This document shows, in pieces, positions 43,477-53,521 of a stretch of 64,000 bases of DNA. The first letter of the stretch is position 1; each line of letters opens with the position of its first letter. The notes under the pieces were generated by a model that had not been told where the DNA came from, did not search any database, and saw nothing but the letters and a program-made list of their open reading frames with translations. Origin of the DNA: Acidobacteriota bacterium (GTDB taxonomy: Bacteria; Acidobacteriota; CAIWXX01). Location of the stretch: positions 96,001 to 160,000 of the forward strand of contig JBFMAF010000028.1 in the NCBI GenBank assembly GCA_040755995.1, in the 5' to 3' direction. Both the position numbers and the translations under genes were made by a program.

Positions 43477-45159
43477 ATGAGACGGATCTGGTGGTTGGCC
43501 CTGGTGACGGCAGGTGTCTGCGTGGGAGCCTCGTCGGTTCCTGACACGGAGAAGTATTGGGTATTCTTCAAGGACAAGGGCATCACCTCCGTACGCAGCG
43601 CCCTGGCAGCCCGCGTGCGCTCGCTGCCTCCGTCGGTAGCGAGGCGATGGGAGCGCGCGGGGTGGCATGGCGATGAAGGCGATCTGAGGGTGTCACGGGA
43701 GTACGTGCGCGAGGTCGAGGGATACGGAATACCTGTGTTGAGAGAGAGCCGCTGGCTGAATGCCATATCCGCGCGTCTTACATCAGAGCAGCGCCGGACA
43801 GTGATTGGCCTGCGCTGCGTGAGCGAGATCGTGCCGGTTGCCCGGTACGTACGCCAGAACGACCAGATCGAAGCGCTTGCCACGAGGGAGGACGCCGCCG
43901 GCGGCGCCGCGCCCTACGGGTTCAACTACGGTCCCTCGCTTCACCAGTGGGAGATGGTCCAGGTTCCTTCGATGCACGACCTTGGATTCCAGGGCTCCGG
44001 GGTCACGATCTGCATGATGGACACTGGCTTCATGAAGTCCCACGACGTATTCAGTAGCACGATAGTTCAGGATGAATACGACTTCGTCTTCGATGACGGA
44101 AACACGGAGGACGAGGCGGAGGACCTGCCGGGCGCGCAGGGACACGGCACCGGCACCTGGTCGCTTACGGGCGGGAAGAAGAACGGCAGGCTGATCGGGG
44201 CTTCGTTCGGGGCACGCTTCCTGCTCGCGAAGACGGAGGACATCAGAAGCGAGACGGTTGTCGAGGAGGACAATTGGGTTGCAGCCCTGGAGTGGGCCGA
44301 CGAGCGCGGTGTGGACATCGTCAGCAGCTCGCTCGGGTACTCCGACTGGTATTCCCCGGAGGACTACGACGGAAATACTGCGATCACTTCGAAGGTTGCG
44401 AGCCAAGCGTCGAAGCGTGGCATTCTGGTCGTCAACTCCGCCGGAAACGCCGGTCCGGCTCTGCGCACACTCAACGCGCCCGCCGATGCATTCGGCATCA
44501 TCTCGACAGGCGCCCTGAACCCATCGGGGCCTATCGCCGCCTTCAGCTCGCGCGGACCCACGGCCGACGGGCGAACCAAGCCGGAGGTATGCGCACAGGG
44601 TGTGAACGTCCTCGTGGCCAGCAGCTTCAATAGCACGGCTTACGGCAGGGGAGCCGGAACGTCGTTTTCCTGCCCGATCACAGCCGGCGCGGTGGGCCTG
44701 TTGTTGTCCGCGCGCCAGGACTGGTCTCCCTCGCAACTGCGCGAGGCCGTTCTGACGACTGCCACCGGAGCATCCTCACCGGACAACACGTATGGCTGGG
44801 GAACGGTGCAGATTTTCGCCGCGTATCGCTACCTCCCCAGAAACGCCCTCGAAATCGACCACAAACCGCTCGCCGACCAGTCGGCCTCCGCCGGCGGCTA
44901 CCGCGTCAAAGCGACGTTGCGGGCGTACAACGGGATCAACCAGGCGCAGTGCTTCGTCTTCTACAGGACAGCCGCTGGAGCCGCGTTCACGCGCATAGGC
45001 CTGACGAAGCTGCAAGATGACCGGTTCGCGGCCACGATTCCCAGGCAGCCGGCGGGAACAGAGGTAGACTACTACATACAGGCCAAGGATACCTTGGGCC
45101 GGCTGCGGCGAAGACCATACGAGGCGCCGGCCGAGACCTACGGCTTCGAAGTCAGATAG
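43477..45159 (+). CDS. Secreted S8 (subtilisin-like) serine peptidase
   Basis: Catalytic triad motifs DTG, HGT and GTSFS; signal peptide. Confidence 0.93.
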   Translation: MRRIWWLALVTAGVCVGASSVPDTEKYWVFFKDKGITSVRSALAARVRSLPPSVARRWERAGWHGDEGDLRVSREYVREVEGYGIPVLRESRWLNAISARLTSEQRRTVIGLRCVSEIVPVARYVRQNDQIEALATREDAAGGAAPYGFNYGPSLHQWEMVQVPSMHDLGFQGSGVTICMMDTGFMKSHDVFSSTIVQDEYDFVFDDGNTEDEAEDLPGAQGHGTGTWSLTGGKKNGRLIGASFGARFLLAKTEDIRSETVVEEDNWVAALEWADERGVDIVSSSLGYSDWYSPEDYDGNTAITSKVASQASKRGILVVNSAGNAGPALRTLNAPADAFGIISTGALNPSGPIAAFSSRGPTADGRTKPEVCAQGVNVLVASSFNSTAYGRGAGTSFSCPITAGAVGLLLSARQDWSPSQLREAVLTTATGASSPDNTYGWGTVQIFAAYRYLPRNALEIDHKPLADQSASAGGYRVKATLRAYNGINQAQCFVFYRTAAGAAFTRIGLTKLQDDRFAATIPRQPAGTEVDYYIQAKDTLGRLRRRPYEAPAETYGFEVR

Positions 45160-45168
45160 GGCGGCGCC

Positions 45169-45612
45169 TCAGCCTATCGGCACACGGATCGAGCGCGGGC
45201 GAGCCGCCTCGCGCTTCGGCAATCGGACTTCCAGGACTCCATTGTGCAGGTCGGCGGCGACATCAGAGGTGTCGACGGAGGAGGGGATGGCAATCGTGCG
45301 GGAGAACTTGCCGTAGTGACGCTCGATCCGCATATACTTTTCCTCCTTCTCCTTGCGACTGAATCGGCGCTCGCCCTGCAAAACCAGCGTGCCATGATCG
45401 ATCTTGATATCGATGTCCTCACGCGCCAGTCCCGGCAACTCGGCGACCACAACGACGGCATCGTCGGTCTCGTAGATATCCATGGACGGCGACCAGCTGC
45501 CCGCAGAGTCCTCCCTCGACTCCGCATGTACGAACGCCTCCAGAAGCAGGCGATGCATCTTCTCCTGGAGGTCGAACAGATCCTTGAAGGGGTCGTACTT
45601 CTGAATCGGCAT
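45169..45612 (-). CDS. Hsp20/alpha-crystallin small heat shock protein
   Basis: WSPSMDIYET, ELPG, ERHYGKFSR and NGVLEVRLPK. Confidence 0.95.
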   Translation of the reverse strand: MPIQKYDPFKDLFDLQEKMHRLLLEAFVHAESREDSAGSWSPSMDIYETDDAVVVVAELPGLAREDIDIKIDHGTLVLQGERRFSRKEKEEKYMRIERHYGKFSRTIAIPSSVDTSDVAADLHNGVLEVRLPKREAARPRSIRVPIG

Positions 45613-45635
45613 GGTTGCGCTCCTACGCCGCCCCG

Positions 45636-47057
45636 CTACTCCAGCGAGAGATTCAGGAAGACGGATCGCTTCCCGATCTCGATCATCAGCGAGGCCAGGA
45701 ACGTTTCGAACTTGTGCAGCACGTTCGTCAATGCAGGCAGGCTTCGCGCTCGCTTGATGTCGTTGAGGAAGAGGTCGAAGTCGGCCCAGTCTTTGTACAT
45801 CAGGTATTTCAGGCTCGCCTGCTGGAAATCCACGATGTTCCGGATCAGGTTGGCCGACTGGTCCATCTCTCGAGAGGCCATGAAGCTCCTCACCTGCTCG
45901 AAGAGGACGCTCAGGTCCCGGCGGAGCTGGATGGATTGGGCCTGCCGGGTCATGAAGGTGTCGAAAATGTCTTCGCCCTTCACGTCCGGATAGAGCGACT
46001 GGGTGATCGTGACCAGGGCCTCCTGCAAACTCCGCTTCAGGATGCCGTACGAGTTCTCGACCCGGACCTTGATATCGTCGCCGGCGAGCGAGTCGGCGAA
46101 GTCGCGGAGCTCGAAGTTGTACACCTTCCTCGCCTCCATGTCGATCCCGTAGGAGACGCTGTCGATGGCATCGCGCAGCGCGCCAGTCTTGTCCAGCGCG
46201 CTGGGCCCCCTGTCTCGAAGATGGCGAATGAGAATCCGCAACTCGTACCTGACCAGGATGAATATGAGAAGATTCTTCTTGAGATAGCCCTCCCGCTGGA
46301 GGTCCTTCCCCACCAGATCCAGGTAGCGCAGAAGGCGGAAGATCTCGAGGAAGATCCGCGCGAGCTCCTTTCGCAACACGGGGTCCTCCATCTCATATAT
46401 CGCCCTGCAGATGTACGGATTCGCTATGCGATCGTAGTAGGACTTGAACTTCCGGTCCAGAAGGTAGGTCAGGTATCCGTTCCTCTCCGTCTCCCTCGAT
46501 AGCAGCCGTCCCACACTCAGGAAACAATGGAACGAGATCTTCGGAAGCCTCGACATCTCCGCGAGGACCACTCGGAAGTCCGCGATGGCCTCCCCGAGGA
46601 TCTCCATGGCCTCGGCGAACCCGTTGTTCAGGCGCAACCGCCGCCCCTTGGGACGGCCGCCGTAGTATCGATTGATGTTGCTCTCCAGGAAGTCTTCGAA
46701 GCGCGAGTACGCCACATCCCCGGTCGACTGGATCAGACTGACCAGATGCCCGAGCCTCTCGATGCCGGCACGCAGTATCTTGATCTCCTCCGTGAAATCC
46801 TTGACCGTGATGCTGTGCAGCACCTCCTCCGAAAACGGCTGCTCCTTCAACGCGAAAAAACGGTCCAGTGCTCGCAGCCACGTCTCGAGCTCGAAAGCGT
46901 AATCAGTCTTCTTCGCCGCTTCGACCTCGTTGAACCAGGCCTCCAGCTGGCTCTCCACCTTCAGCGGCTTCTCGCCACGGATCGGCTGCGTCGCATCGGG
47001 CGCGAGCGTCGGGCGCAAAAAGAAGTCCGTCAGCTCGGAAGCAGGTATCTGGCTCAT
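45636..47057 (-). CDS. Hypothetical helical protein (473 aa)
   Basis: Long ORF with protein-like composition; no motif recognised. Confidence 0.75.
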   Translation of the reverse strand: MSQIPASELTDFFLRPTLAPDATQPIRGEKPLKVESQLEAWFNEVEAAKKTDYAFELETWLRALDRFFALKEQPFSEEVLHSITVKDFTEEIKILRAGIERLGHLVSLIQSTGDVAYSRFEDFLESNINRYYGGRPKGRRLRLNNGFAEAMEILGEAIADFRVVLAEMSRLPKISFHCFLSVGRLLSRETERNGYLTYLLDRKFKSYYDRIANPYICRAIYEMEDPVLRKELARIFLEIFRLLRYLDLVGKDLQREGYLKKNLLIFILVRYELRILIRHLRDRGPSALDKTGALRDAIDSVSYGIDMEARKVYNFELRDFADSLAGDDIKVRVENSYGILKRSLQEALVTITQSLYPDVKGEDIFDTFMTRQAQSIQLRRDLSVLFEQVRSFMASREMDQSANLIRNIVDFQQASLKYLMYKDWADFDLFLNDIKRARSLPALTNVLHKFETFLASLMIEIGKRSVFLNLSLE

Positions 47058-47094
47058 GGCTCTGAACGAAAGATGCCAGAAAGAGGCCCGGTAG

Positions 47095-48303
47095 TCAAGG
47101 AATGAAGCGCGAAGTATGAAGTCTCAAGAGGGCGAGTATTCTCTCCGCGCGCCCCTCGTAAGTGTAGTCCTGCGAATCCTGGAATGCGCGCCGTGCTAGG
47201 CGCACGCGCAGATCGCTGTCATCGACCAACCTTTTCACCTGTGCGGCCAGATCGGTTGCATCGTCCGCACGAAACAGCATCCCGTTGCGCTCGTGCACAA
47301 CGATTTCACGGATAGGCGGGAGATCAGAGGCCACCACAGGCACCGAGCAGCTCATGTACTCGAAGAGCTTCAGCGGCGAGATAAAGTGCCTTCCCATCAC
47401 GTTGTCTGCGGCTGGGAGTATTCCGATGTAGTCCCGCCTCAGGACCTGGGCGATCTGGCCGGGGGGAACCAGGCCCATGAAATTCACCCTGGATGCGGCC
47501 CCGGCCTCCGCGGCAACCCGCTTGAGCCGCTCCGTGTCCTCACTCGCCGTATAGTAGCCGCCGCCGTACAGGTCGAGCGAAGCCCCAGGCAGCTGCGCCA
47601 TCGCGCGAACTGCGGTGTCGACGCCCTTCCATGGGTAGAACTGGCCGATGCACAGGAGTCTCGGTGCCCCAAGGGGCTCCTTGGCCTCCGGCGGCACCCT
47701 CACCGCGCTCGCATCCGCAACCACATCTACGGCGCAAGGAACCTCGAAGGTACGCGTCAGGGCCTCCCGGCACGCGGCCGAAATGCAGACAAGCGCGAGG
47801 CTCCGTCCATAGACGTACTGCTCGCGAGCCTTCAGCCTGAGCGTTCGGGGCGCCGACGGCGCCGTGTTGGTGAAGAGCGCGTTGGTCAAGTGGTTCAGCG
47901 CGTGCACCTCGTAGACGACCGGCGTGCGGAGCCATCGGCGAAGCCGAATGGCGGTCGCGCCGCACAGCATGTCCCTTGTGAACAGAACCCGTTGCGAGGC
48001 CTGCCGGGATAGACTGCGCAGTGCGCGGACCATCGAGAGCTGGAACGACAGATTAAAGATGGCATCGCTTCCCAGGCGGATGGTCGGTAGGAAACGTATG
48101 TCGAGATCGTCGACGGGCGGCAGGCCGTAGTAGTCCAGTACACGCGAGCTCTCTCCGCTGCCTTCGCGTCTGGCGAGCAGGTGCACCCTGGCACCGAGCC
48201 GCGCCAGCGCGTGACAGGTGTTCATGACCTGTATGGAGTTGGCGCGCGGGGATGGAAGCTGCGAGTTGAACGGGTAGATTACATGCAATACGCGCGCAGC
48301 CAC
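47095..48303 (-). CDS. Glycosyltransferase family 4
   Basis: ANSIQV, KGVD and SPLKLFEYM..PVVASD. Confidence 0.92.
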   Translation of the reverse strand: MAARVLHVIYPFNSQLPSPRANSIQVMNTCHALARLGARVHLLARREGSGESSRVLDYYGLPPVDDLDIRFLPTIRLGSDAIFNLSFQLSMVRALRSLSRQASQRVLFTRDMLCGATAIRLRRWLRTPVVYEVHALNHLTNALFTNTAPSAPRTLRLKAREQYVYGRSLALVCISAACREALTRTFEVPCAVDVVADASAVRVPPEAKEPLGAPRLLCIGQFYPWKGVDTAVRAMAQLPGASLDLYGGGYYTASEDTERLKRVAAEAGAASRVNFMGLVPPGQIAQVLRRDYIGILPAADNVMGRHFISPLKLFEYMSCSVPVVASDLPPIREIVVHERNGMLFRADDATDLAAQVKRLVDDSDLRVRLARRAFQDSQDYTYEGRAERILALLRLHTSRFIP

Positions 48304-48312
48304 CTGTCGCCC

Positions 48313-49014
48313 CTAGCTCGACGCGTGGCCGGTGGATGCCACCACAAAGAGCGACTGCCCGATCGGGGGCGGCAGCACGGCCTCTACTCTTCGCATGACG
48401 GGCACAACGACCCGGTCGAAGAAGCGGACCTGGCTCTTGGATTGCTCGCGCTTCCGCAGCAGACGGGCATTGGCCAGCCATCCGAAAAAGCCCACCAGGT
48501 TCATGTATTGGATGCGCACCGGTCGCAGCCCGGACTCGCGGACGAGCGGACCGGCCTCGCCACGGGCGTAGCGCCGGTGGTGGTGCAGCGCCCGATCGAT
48601 CGGGCCGTAGAGCGTCCTGCACGCGGGCAGCATCAGAACCAAGTGCCCGCCGGGTCCGAGCGTTTCGGCTAACTTCCGCAATGCCGCCCGGTCGTCTTCG
48701 ATGTGCTCGAGGACATTCAGGCACACGACGGTCTCGAATGTGCCGCAAGGCTGGTACTCCTCGATTCCCGCCTGCACCACCTCCACACGCTCCGAGCCGG
48801 CGAACTTCCGAGACAGCACCTCGACGCACTCCAAATGCGGCTCGATCGTGACCACCCTCGACGAGTCAGGGAACATCTCCGTGTAGTTCCCGATGCCGCC
48901 GCCGATTTCCAGAATGGTGCCGCCAAGGTAGGGCTCCATCTTCGCGTAGACCCAGCGGCGATAGTTCACCGCCAGCGCCATGGTCTCGAGATCCGAACGC
49001 GTGATGTCGTCCAC
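48313..49014 (-). CDS. Class I SAM-dependent methyltransferase
   Basis: LEIGGGIG, NVLEHIEDD and HHRRY; start uncertain. Confidence 0.88.
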   Translation of the reverse strand: MDDITRSDLETMALAVNYRRWVYAKMEPYLGGTILEIGGGIGNYTEMFPDSSRVVTIEPHLECVEVLSRKFAGSERVEVVQAGIEEYQPCGTFETVVCLNVLEHIEDDRAALRKLAETLGPGGHLVLMLPACRTLYGPIDRALHHHRRYARGEAGPLVRESGLRPVRIQYMNLVGFFGWLANARLLRKREQSKSQVRFFDRVVVPVMRRVEAVLPPPIGQSLFVVASTGHASS

Positions 49015-49251
49015 GGGGACATTATACAGGTTCCCGCGCGCTCCCGAGCCGGACCCGTTCCCCACCAACCCTTCACGGGTACGCGAACGGGCACGGTTCG
49101 TGGGGACGACCGAGAGGGCTCGATCGTGCGGCTGACCGCCGGGGACACCGCGGTGCATTCCTCGGGCAGGGCCGCCGCTTCCAAGGCCTCTACGTCCCAC
49201 CGTCCACGTTCAGTTGACATGCCTCGCCGTTTGTTCTACTTTCCACCGCGA

Positions 49252-50205
49252 ATGAAGCTTATTGTGCAGATCCCGTGCTACAACGAGGAGCTCCACCTGC
49301 CGGCAACGATCGCGGAGATTCCCCGCGAAATCCCCGGCATCGATGAGGTAGAGATTCTCGTCATAGACGACGGCAGCTCCGACAGAACATCCGAAGTGGC
49401 GAAGGCCGCGGGCGCACATCACCTGCTCCGCCTCAAGCAGCGACGAGGATTGGCGCAGGTATTCGCCGCCGGACTCGACGCGGCCGTGCAGCTGGGCGCC
49501 GACATCATCGTCAATACCGATGCGGATAGCCAATACCCGGGGGCCGAGATCCCGAAACTCATCGACCCGATCCTCCAAGGCGAAGCCGAGATCGTCATCG
49601 GTGACCGTGGCGTCAAGGAGCTGGCCCACTTCTCCCTCACGAAGAAGATCTTGCAGGGCTGGGGCAGCTGGGTGGTCCGGCAGGTGAGCGGAACGTCCAT
49701 TCCCGACACAACCTCCGGCTTCCGCGCGCTCAGCCGATCAGCCGCAATGCGAATGAACATAGTCTCCGAGTTCACGTACACTTTGGAATCCATAATCCAG
49801 GCCGGGAAGAAGAAGATACCTCTCGCTCACATTCCCATCCAGGCCCGCGAGACCACGAGAGAGTCGAGGCTCTTTGCATCCGTCCCGGACTACCTCAAGA
49901 AGTCCGCCTCGACCATCGTTCGCATCTATGCGATGTTCGAGCCGCTGAAGATATTCGGCTCCATCGGAGCCGCGATCTTCCTCACCGGCTTTGCCATCGG
50001 CGGGCGGTTCCTCTATTTCTATTTCTTCACGCCCGGTCGCGGCACCGGGCACATCCAGTCCCTCATCCTCGCCGCCGTCTTGCTGATAGTCGGCTTCCAG
50101 ATCCTCCTCATCGGCCTCCTCGCCGACCTCATCGCATCCAACCGGAAGCTCCTCGAGGACGTCCTCCACCGCATCAGGCAGATTCAGTACGGCAAGGAAC
50201 AGTAG
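49252..50205 (+). CDS. Glycosyltransferase family 2 (polyprenol-phosphate type, C-terminal TMs)
   Basis: QIPCYNEE, DDGSSD, DAD and SGFRA. Confidence 0.93.
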   Translation: MKLIVQIPCYNEELHLPATIAEIPREIPGIDEVEILVIDDGSSDRTSEVAKAAGAHHLLRLKQRRGLAQVFAAGLDAAVQLGADIIVNTDADSQYPGAEIPKLIDPILQGEAEIVIGDRGVKELAHFSLTKKILQGWGSWVVRQVSGTSIPDTTSGFRALSRSAAMRMNIVSEFTYTLESIIQAGKKKIPLAHIPIQARETTRESRLFASVPDYLKKSASTIVRIYAMFEPLKIFGSIGAAIFLTGFAIGGRFLYFYFFTPGRGTGHIQSLILAAVLLIVGFQILLIGLLADLIASNRKLLEDVLHRIRQIQYGKEQ

Positions 50206-50264
50206 AGTCCGAAGTGAGAAGTGCGTGAGGTTGAAGTGAAGATGCTGCAGGCGGAACCGTAGAC

Positions 50265-51449
50265 GTGCGGATACTCCAGCTGACCTCGTCGCTCCCATTG
50301 AGCCCGTCCGGGTCCAACGCTCCGTTCATCCTCCACATCGCCAGGTCCCTCGCCGCCCGCGGCCATGAGATTCATCTCGTGGCCCCGTACCATCCCAAGC
50401 TGGACTGGCCCGCGCGGGAAGGCGAAATCAGCTTCCACTTCTTCCGCTACGCGCCCCTGGCCCGATGGTGCATCTGGGGCTACGGCCAGTCGCTCCAGAG
50501 CGACGTGTCCTTGAAGCCCGGCGTGTTCGCCCTGCTTCCCGCCGCGGCCGTCGCCGCGGCCGTGAGCCTGCGGCGGCTCCAGTCCCGGTCCCGCTTCGAC
50601 GTCCTCCACGCCCACTGGCTCCTCCCCAACGGCCCTATCGCAAGCCTGGCCAGACGCGGGCTTGTCCCGCTCGTGGTGAGCCTGCACGGAAGCGATGTCT
50701 ACGTGGCCGGGAAAGGCAAGGCATTCCGCTTTGCGGCGAAACGGGCCTTGCGCCGCGCGGCGGCGGTGGTGGGCTGCAGCGAAGAGCTTGTGGCCGGAGC
50801 CCGGCGGATCTACCAGGGCGAGAGGCTATACCATACGCTGCCGTATGGAGTCGACGAGGAGCTCTTCCGGCCAGGCGAGGGAGTCGAGGCTTCTACGGTG
50901 ACCATCCTTGCGGCCGGTCGCCTGGTCGAAAAGAAAGGCTTCGAGATCCTGTTGCGCGCCCTGGGGCAGATGGCATCGCCGGCGCGCCTGTCGATCGCCG
51001 GCAGCGGCGACCTGCGCGGCCGCCTGGAGGTTGTGACGGCCGAGCTGGGGTTGGGCGACCGGGTCCAGTTCCTCGGAGACCTCTCACAGCCGGAGATCTT
51101 GAAATTGTACCGCTCCTGCGCCATATTTTGCCTTCCATCGGTCCGCGACAGCGGGGGAAATGTGGATGGATTGCCGAACGTTCTGTTGGAAGCGATGAGC
51201 AGCGGAATGGCCGTGGCGGCGAGCCGTGTCGGAGGCGTGCCGCAGGTGATGCGCGACGGGGAGAACGGGCTGCTGGTCGATGAGAAGCAGCCCGCGGCGC
51301 TGGCTGCCGCCCTCGACGCGCTGGCGGGAGACGTCGAGTTGCGGCGCAGGCTCGGGGGGGCCGCGCGCCGCACCATCCTGGACGGCTTCACCTGGCGGCT
51401 GTACGCACAACGCTTCGAAGCAATCCTGGACTCGGTATCGAAGTCATGA
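50265..51449 (+). CDS. Glycosyltransferase family 4
   Basis: HAHW, GRLVEKKG and DGLPNVLLEAM. Confidence 0.93.
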   Translation: MRILQLTSSLPLSPSGSNAPFILHIARSLAARGHEIHLVAPYHPKLDWPAREGEISFHFFRYAPLARWCIWGYGQSLQSDVSLKPGVFALLPAAAVAAAVSLRRLQSRSRFDVLHAHWLLPNGPIASLARRGLVPLVVSLHGSDVYVAGKGKAFRFAAKRALRRAAAVVGCSEELVAGARRIYQGERLYHTLPYGVDEELFRPGEGVEASTVTILAAGRLVEKKGFEILLRALGQMASPARLSIAGSGDLRGRLEVVTAELGLGDRVQFLGDLSQPEILKLYRSCAIFCLPSVRDSGGNVDGLPNVLLEAMSSGMAVAASRVGGVPQVMRDGENGLLVDEKQPAALAAALDALAGDVELRRRLGGAARRTILDGFTWRLYAQRFEAILDSVSKS

Positions 51450-52324
51450 TGAAAGACCTGCTCCTTTCGCTCAGGCCCCAACAATGGATCAAGAACACAT
51501 TCATCTTCGCGGCGTTGGTGTTTGCGAAAAAACTCGGCGAGCCGCACCAGATCCTGCTGAGCTGTCTGGCATTCTGCTGCTTCTGTGCATTGTCATCTGC
51601 TGTCTATCTGATCAACGACGTGCGGGACGCGGAGGCGGATCGGCAGCATCCGATCAAGAGAAACCGCCCGATTGCGGCGGGGCGGATGCGGCCGGGCGTG
51701 GCCGTCCTGATGGCGCTCGTGCTTGCCGGGGCGGGGCTCTTCGGCTGCGCCATGATCAACGGGTTGCTCTTGAGCATGGCCGGCGCCTACCTCGGTTTGA
51801 ACATCCTGTACACGCTCTGGCTCAAGCGCGTCGCGGTGCTGGACGTAATGAGCATCGCCGTGGGGTTCGTCTTGCGTGCCGCTGCGGGCGGGGCAGCGAT
51901 TCAGGTCGAGATCTCGTCCTGGCTGATCATCTGCACGTTCTTCCTCGCGCTGTTCCTGGGATTGGCCAAGCGCCGCCACGAGCTCGTCCTTCTGGAAGAC
52001 AACTCGGCGCGCCACCGCGCGAATCTCGCCGAGTACTCTCCGTATCTGCTGGACCAGATGATCGGAATAGTCACCACCGGGACGCTCGTCTGCTACATCC
52101 TCTACACGCTATCGGAAGAGGTCCAGAAGAAGCTGCAGGTGAAGAATCTTTACTTGACGATTCCGTTCGTCCTCTACGGGATTTATCGCTACCTGTACCT
52201 GATTCACAAGAGGGAGGGCGGCGGCAACCCCTCATCGACGCTGGTATCTGACCGCCCGTTGCTGCTGGCCGTCTTCTTCTGGGGCGTTGCGGCGGCCGCT
52301 ATTCTGTACTTCGGCCGCAGGTAG
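51446..52324 (+). CDS. UbiA-family decaprenyl-phosphate phosphoribosyltransferase-like protein
   Basis: LRPQQWIKN, YLINDVRD.EADRQHP.KRNRPIAAG and KRRHE. Confidence 0.92.
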   Translation: MMKDLLLSLRPQQWIKNTFIFAALVFAKKLGEPHQILLSCLAFCCFCALSSAVYLINDVRDAEADRQHPIKRNRPIAAGRMRPGVAVLMALVLAGAGLFGCAMINGLLLSMAGAYLGLNILYTLWLKRVAVLDVMSIAVGFVLRAAAGGAAIQVEISSWLIICTFFLALFLGLAKRRHELVLLEDNSARHRANLAEYSPYLLDQMIGIVTTGTLVCYILYTLSEEVQKKLQVKNLYLTIPFVLYGIYRYLYLIHKREGGGNPSSTLVSDRPLLLAVFFWGVAAAAILYFGRR

Positions 52325-52331
52325 GATCTGG

Positions 52332-52362
52332 CAGTTGTCAGTTGTCGGTTGTCAGTTGTCAG
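52332..52362. repeat. Heptamer tandem repeat (GTTGTCA)n
   Basis: Lies between convergent genes; same family as 27407. Confidence 0.75.
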
Positions 52363-52380
52363 CTTAGCAAACGCGAAAGG

Positions 52381-52914
52381 TCACTTCTTCGAGAAGATCA
52401 TCGGCGGCTCGAAGAAGCCCTTCTCCTTCATGTTCTTCCTGACGTAGTCGACCAGATCGGCCTGCGTCTTGAATTCCTTGTCGACGAACTCATCTGAGAT
52501 CGTACAGACCCGAAGTATCTTCCCGTTGTCGACCAGGTCGTATCTGGCAATCAGCCACCCACTCTCCGGCTTTTCGTCGAGGAGCTTGATGCTCAGGAAT
52601 TGGACGCCGTCGATGGACGTGCGATGTGCCCGCATCCTCCCGAAATCCTCCTCGGGGCGGCCGTTCTCATCGTACTCCTGGGCTTCGACGTAGATCTCAT
52701 GCTCGTTCAGGCGCCGGACGGTGTACTCGGACGGCGTGTCGTCCATGTAGCTGGTCCACTGGCCGAGCAGGGCAGGGTCCACATCGGTCGTCGCGACGTC
52801 TCCCAGTGGTATCTTGGAATCGTACGGGCAAGACACCCACGCAGCGACGAAAAGGCCGCAGAGGCCGAGCACCGTGATGGTCGATGGTGTTCGATACAGA
52901 GACCGCTGGCTCAT
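52381..52914 (-). CDS. Hypothetical exported or lipoprotein-like protein
   Basis: Hydrophobic N-terminus ending in Cys; DPALLGQW. Confidence 0.7.
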   Translation of the reverse strand: MSQRSLYRTPSTITVLGLCGLFVAAWVSCPYDSKIPLGDVATTDVDPALLGQWTSYMDDTPSEYTVRRLNEHEIYVEAQEYDENGRPEEDFGRMRAHRTSIDGVQFLSIKLLDEKPESGWLIARYDLVDNGKILRVCTISDEFVDKEFKTQADLVDYVRKNMKEKGFFEPPMIFSKK

Positions 52915-52954
52915 CTGTTCCTCCTTGCCCCCTCAGCCGACCGAACGCCGGGGG

Positions 52955-53452
52955 CTATTCGATGACGGCGACTGTGGCTCCGCCTTCGATCGTCTCTCCG
53001 GCGACCACCCTGATTTCCCTAACCTTGCCTGCGCGAGGGCTGCGGATCTCGTTCTGCATCTTCATGGCCTCGACGACGACGATCCCTTCGCCCACGCTCA
53101 CCGCGTCTCCAACCTTCTTCAGCACGCTCACCACCTTGCCCGGCATCGGGACCGAGAGGCGGTGGGCACCGCCGTGTCCCCTGCGCCCCCTCTCCCCCAT
53201 TATCCCTCCACCACCCTCCAACACCTCGAATTCGAACGCCAAGTCGTGGATCTGTACCGAGTAGCCGGGCGGCGCGGAATGAACGTAGGCCGTGAAGACC
53301 CGATCGCCGACCATGACCGAAAGCGTGTCATCGGACACGCGCACGCAATGGAATTCGACCACCTTCCCGCCGTGCTCGAGACGGTACACCGAGTCCTGCG
53401 CGGAGATGTCGAGGTGGACGAGGCGCCCGCGATGCTGAATGTCGAACTTCAT
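52955..53452 (-). CDS. Biotin carboxyl carrier protein
   Basis: PMPGKV...EAMKMQNE. Confidence 0.95.
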   Translation of the reverse strand: MKFDIQHRGRLVHLDISAQDSVYRLEHGGKVVEFHCVRVSDDTLSVMVGDRVFTAYVHSAPPGYSVQIHDLAFEFEVLEGGGGIMGERGRRGHGGAHRLSVPMPGKVVSVLKKVGDAVSVGEGIVVVEAMKMQNEIRSPRAGKVREIRVVAGETIEGGATVAVIE

Positions 53453-53521
53453 CGGTAGGCTCCGCGTCTCCGTTTCGCCGTTTCGTCGTTTCCTCGTCCA
53501 CCGTGTCTCCGCGTCACCACG

